DNA of 64,000 bases from an uncultured cyanobacterium. GTDB lineage: Bacteria; Cyanobacteriota; Cyanobacteriia; Cyanobacteriales; Nostocaceae. The stretch covers positions 1,120,001-1,184,000 of the forward strand of contig CAVUDP010000001.1 in assembly GCA_963740315.1 (NCBI GenBank), given 5' to 3'. Positions 60,772-64,000 of this stretch are shown here, piece after piece. Position 1 is the first letter of the stretch. Every line of letters begins with the position of its first letter. The notes beneath the pieces were generated by a model. The model was not told the DNA's origin. It made no database searches and saw only the letters and a program-made list of their open reading frames with translations. Position numbers and translations under genes: made by a program.

Positions 60772-62274
60772 ATGATTAACGAACTTCAACCTTGGTATTG
60801 GCGAAAGCTTCCTTTAAAGGGACGTAGTGGTAGTAATGTTTTTGCTTGTTTGTTTATTTCTAATTCCCCCAACGAAATCGCTACTCTTTTAGAAAGTCCT
60901 TATCCAAACAATAGAGAAAATCCCCAATTAGCTCGCTATTCTATTTGTGCTGGTAATCCTCGGATAATTGATGGTGTTCCGCAGTTGTGGACACCTGATG
61001 TAGGTTCCGTATTACCTTTTCTGCAAAAATTGCTTAAAAAACAAGCGGATTTTGATTCCTCTTCTCTTCCTTTTACAGGAGGCTGGTTGGGCTGGTTGGG
61101 TTACGATGTTGCTTGGGAAATAGAGTCGCTACCAAAACTCAAATCCGATACTTTACCGTTTCCAGTCGCTTTTTGGTACGAACCTGAATGTTTTGCAGTC
61201 TTAGATCATTGCGAACAAGTTTTGTGGTTAGCCGCTAGCAATACAAGCGAACTTGATGATTTAGAAGATAAACTTCAGCTACCATTGCCGAATCACAAAG
61301 CTCAACGCCCATCTTCCGATACTCAATTACCTACCTTAGAATTACTTACCTCTCAAGCTGATTATGAAGCGGCTGTTTTGAAAGCAAAAGAGTATATTCA
61401 AGCAGGCGATATTTTTCAAACTAATCTGTCTGTCCGCTTTGAAACTCAAACTACAGCTTCTGGATGGGAAATTTATCAAGCTTTACAAAAAATAAATCCT
61501 TCACCTTTTGCTTGCTATTTTAAAACTCCGATTGGTGAAGTTGTTAGCTGCTCGCCGGAAAGATTAGTCCAAGTATCCGGGAATCAAGCTCAAACTCGAC
61601 CGATCGCGGGTACTCGGAAGCGCGGTAAAACTCCCGAAGAAGATCGGCAATTAGCTGTGGAATTGCTTAGTAATAGCAAGGAACGCGCCGAACACATTAT
61701 GCTCGTAGATTTGGAGCGCAACGACTTGGGACGAGTTTGTGAATGGGGAAGCGTCAAAGTAGATGAATTGCTGACAATCGAGCGCTATAGTCATGTAATG
61801 CATCTGGTTAGTAATATTACGGGGACTCTCAGATGCGATCGCTCGCCACAACTGCATTCCCGAAATACTACAGTTAATTTAATTAGTGCCATGTTCCCAG
61901 GCGGTACGATCGCGGGCTGTCCCAAAGTTCGCTGCATGGAAATTATTGAGGAACTCGAACCTGTAAAACGCAATTTATTTTATGGCTCCTGCGGGTATTT
62001 AGACTGGCGGGGTAATTTAGATTTAAACATCTTGATTCGTACTTTATTAGTGGCTCCTCAAGTAAATAAGTCTTTAAACCCTCTTGCTCCAGCGGACATT
62101 ACACCATATGATTTGTTTAGCTCCATACAATCATCAAGCAGCAACCTACATTACCCAATCAATTCTGTTTGGGGACAAGTAGGAGCCGGAATTGTCGCAG
62201 ATAGTAATCCTCAGAAAGAATGGTATGAATCTCTGCACAAAGCACAAGCACTTTTCAAGGCACTACATATTTGA
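60772..62274 (+). CDS. Anthranilate/aminodeoxychorismate synthase component I (TrpE/PabB family)
   Basis: LLES, PFTGGWLG, GDIFQ, SPER, TRPIAGT, KERAEHIMLVDLERNDLGR, FPGGTI-x-GCPK, GAGIVADS. Confidence 0.92.
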   Translation: MINELQPWYWRKLPLKGRSGSNVFACLFISNSPNEIATLLESPYPNNRENPQLARYSICAGNPRIIDGVPQLWTPDVGSVLPFLQKLLKKQADFDSSSLPFTGGWLGWLGYDVAWEIESLPKLKSDTLPFPVAFWYEPECFAVLDHCEQVLWLAASNTSELDDLEDKLQLPLPNHKAQRPSSDTQLPTLELLTSQADYEAAVLKAKEYIQAGDIFQTNLSVRFETQTTASGWEIYQALQKINPSPFACYFKTPIGEVVSCSPERLVQVSGNQAQTRPIAGTRKRGKTPEEDRQLAVELLSNSKERAEHIMLVDLERNDLGRVCEWGSVKVDELLTIERYSHVMHLVSNITGTLRCDRSPQLHSRNTTVNLISAMFPGGTIAGCPKVRCMEIIEELEPVKRNLFYGSCGYLDWRGNLDLNILIRTLLVAPQVNKSLNPLAPADITPYDLFSSIQSSSSNLHYPINSVWGQVGAGIVADSNPQKEWYESLHKAQALFKALHI

Positions 62275-62693
62275 GGCATCTTCGTCATAGCATTCAAAAG
62301 TTAAAATTTGTTACTCTTGATGCTTTATTTCTAACGATTCAATTGTGAAACAATAGAATTACTTCTATGCTATGTCTTAAAACTGCCGTAAAATCTTTTT
62401 TTTACCTACAAAAGCTGATTGCCTGTATGGGTTATTTGCTGTTTTGTACAAAAAAGTTGTCGTAATTGCAGTAGAGGTTTGTAGAATCTATGGTTTTTTT
62501 GAAAAAAGAATGTAGCGGCTATTTTCCATTTTAGTTGTTTTATACGTATATACGTTTTTGTGCAAATAACTACCTTAATCGCCCTTCTGTATTCGCATCT
62601 CGAACAAATCTTCCGACAATATCTTATTAAAGAAAGTCTGACTCTTTGTTTTGTAGAGCGAAAAGATATATGTACTCGTACCTTGACTACTAA

Positions 62694-62972
62694 ATGAATT
62701 CAGAAAACTCGGAAACTTACTTGAATCATCCAACTTGGGGATTACTTTACAGAATATGTATGGTAGACCAAAGTCAAGAACTTTTTACTACGTTGTATGC
62801 TCAACGGCTCTTCTTTCTAGTAATAAACGATGAAAAAGGCGTTAAGTTCCAACCAGTAGGACGTACCGAGGCAAGAATGATGTTGGAAAATCGTTTGCGT
62901 AACTTGCGTCGAAGCGGGCAATCTATTGAGTACGATCAGCTGACTAGTATTTTTCAACGTACATTCCAATGA
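62694..62972 (+). CDS. pipX: PII/NtcA interaction protein X
   Basis: ETYLNHPTWGLLY, LFTTLYAQRLFFLV, RLRNLRR; overlaps pipY. Confidence 0.95.
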   Translation: MNSENSETYLNHPTWGLLYRICMVDQSQELFTTLYAQRLFFLVINDEKGVKFQPVGRTEARMMLENRLRNLRRSGQSIEYDQLTSIFQRTFQ

Positions 62973-63637
62973 TTAGTTCGATTTGCGAGCGCATACAAAA
63001 GGTTCAAGACTCACTTCCTTCTACCGTAAAATTAATTGCTGTTAGTAAAAAAGTTTCGGTTGAGGCAATACGCGAAGCATATGCTGCTGGTATCCGAGAT
63101 TTTGGCGAAAGCCGGATTCAAGAAGCTGCTGGGAAAATTGAGGAGCTGCAAGACTTACCGGATATTATCTGGCATTTTATTGGACATCTACAAAGCAATA
63201 AAGCTAAAGCCGCTCTCTCATATTTTCAATGGCTTCATTCCGTAGATAGCCTGAAATTAGCACAACGCTTGAACCTTTTGGCACACGACTTAGGAGTTAT
63301 TCCCAAAGTTTGCTTGCAAGTCAAAATTCTCCCCGATCCAGATAAATTTGGCTGGACAATACCGCAACTCCTAGAGGATTTAGTAGAACTTAACTTATGC
63401 AAAAGTTTACAAATTGAAGGTTTGATGACAATCCCACCATTGGGATTAGATAGTTCAGAAGTTGTGAATGTGTTTAAAAGGACACGAAAATTAGCTTCAG
63501 AAATTGACGATCGCAACTTGTCAAACATCAAAATCAAGCAACTTTCAATGGGAATGTCGGGAGATTATCAGCTAGCGATCGCAGAAGGTGCAACGATGAT
63601 ACGTTTGGGAACAATTCTGTTTGGACGTAACGTATAA
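62969..63637 (+). CDS. pipY: PLP homeostasis protein PipY (YggS)
   Basis: LIAVSK, FGES, WHFIGHLQSNK, GLMTI, LSMGMSGDY, RLGT-x-LFG. Confidence 0.95.
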   Translation: MISSICERIQKVQDSLPSTVKLIAVSKKVSVEAIREAYAAGIRDFGESRIQEAAGKIEELQDLPDIIWHFIGHLQSNKAKAALSYFQWLHSVDSLKLAQRLNLLAHDLGVIPKVCLQVKILPDPDKFGWTIPQLLEDLVELNLCKSLQIEGLMTIPPLGLDSSEVVNVFKRTRKLASEIDDRNLSNIKIKQLSMGMSGDYQLAIAEGATMIRLGTILFGRNV

Positions 63638-64000
63638 GCGATCGCAATTAGGCAGAAAAAGCTAAAAACTGTTGAAAATACTCGGTTTTAAGCTGGGAGA
63701 AGAAAATTCTGCCTTTTAACAAAAAATCAGCCTTTTGATAGATAATCGGTAATTCGCCAGCGTAACGCTCAAAACTGGCGAATGCCCATCCTACAAGCAA
63801 ATATTAGTCCGTAGGTTGGATGACAAGCATTTTCATTTAACACAGAATATTTATCTAATACAGTAGTTTCAAAAGCGACAAAGATATAGTATCTATAGAT
63901 GCAAAATAAAATAAAATAAAGGGTAGAAACAACTTTTCATTACAGAGCTATTAAGATATAATCTTGACTCACTATTCTACGTGGTCGGGCTACAAACGTT

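Noticed and set aside
62275..62693. NtcA site upstream of pipX
   Set aside because: I could not identify a convincing GTA-N8-TAC box with a properly spaced -10 by eye.
63638..64000. CDS after pipY (sepF would be expected from conserved order)
   Set aside because: No start or recognisable coding sequence within the window; probably an upstream region only.

Overview
This is a 64 kb chromosomal segment of a filamentous, probably Nostocales-type cyanobacterium. That call is inferred from frequent HIP1 GCGATCGC sites, 7-8 nt STRR-like tandem repeats and genes such as chlG, petP, crtR and pipX-pipY. No rRNA, tRNA or CRISPR array was found. Housekeeping genes (chlG, pyk, crtR, aroH, sppA, mlaE, plsY, hemE, der, pipX, pipY) are interspersed with four accessory blocks. 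(1) At 1.6-7.3 kb is a five-gene cluster: Rieske oxygenase, PLP alpha-oxoamine synthase, bacterial ceramide-synthase-like GNAT, extended SDR and His-box hydroxylase. It has the architecture of a sphingolipid/ceramide-like or other amino-lipid pathway, lies divergent from a B12 radical-SAM gene, and is the best candidate for an undescribed system. (2) At 13.9-35 kb is an ABC-exporter-dependent surface polysaccharide locus with two wzm/wzt sets, two coiled-coil modifier enzymes (sulfotransferase and methyltransferase) and four proteins sharing a C-terminal M(K/E)(S/T)SKFW(K/Q)(L/I)R tag. (3) At about 39.18-41.09 kb is a TnpA-less IS200/IS605-like element carrying a 508-aa TnpB with an intact RuvC triad but no zinc-finger cysteines, plus a divergent small RHH-like gene. 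(4) At 47-55.7 kb are an XRE-HTH/ClpN/Uma2 fusion with its own promoter-operator pair, a CmoA-like/FkbM methyltransferase pair and a solo rtcB with a structured leader. Two frameshifts and several families of small palindromic REP/SDR-like repeats are also visible. All family assignments come from motif recognition by eye; no searches were run.
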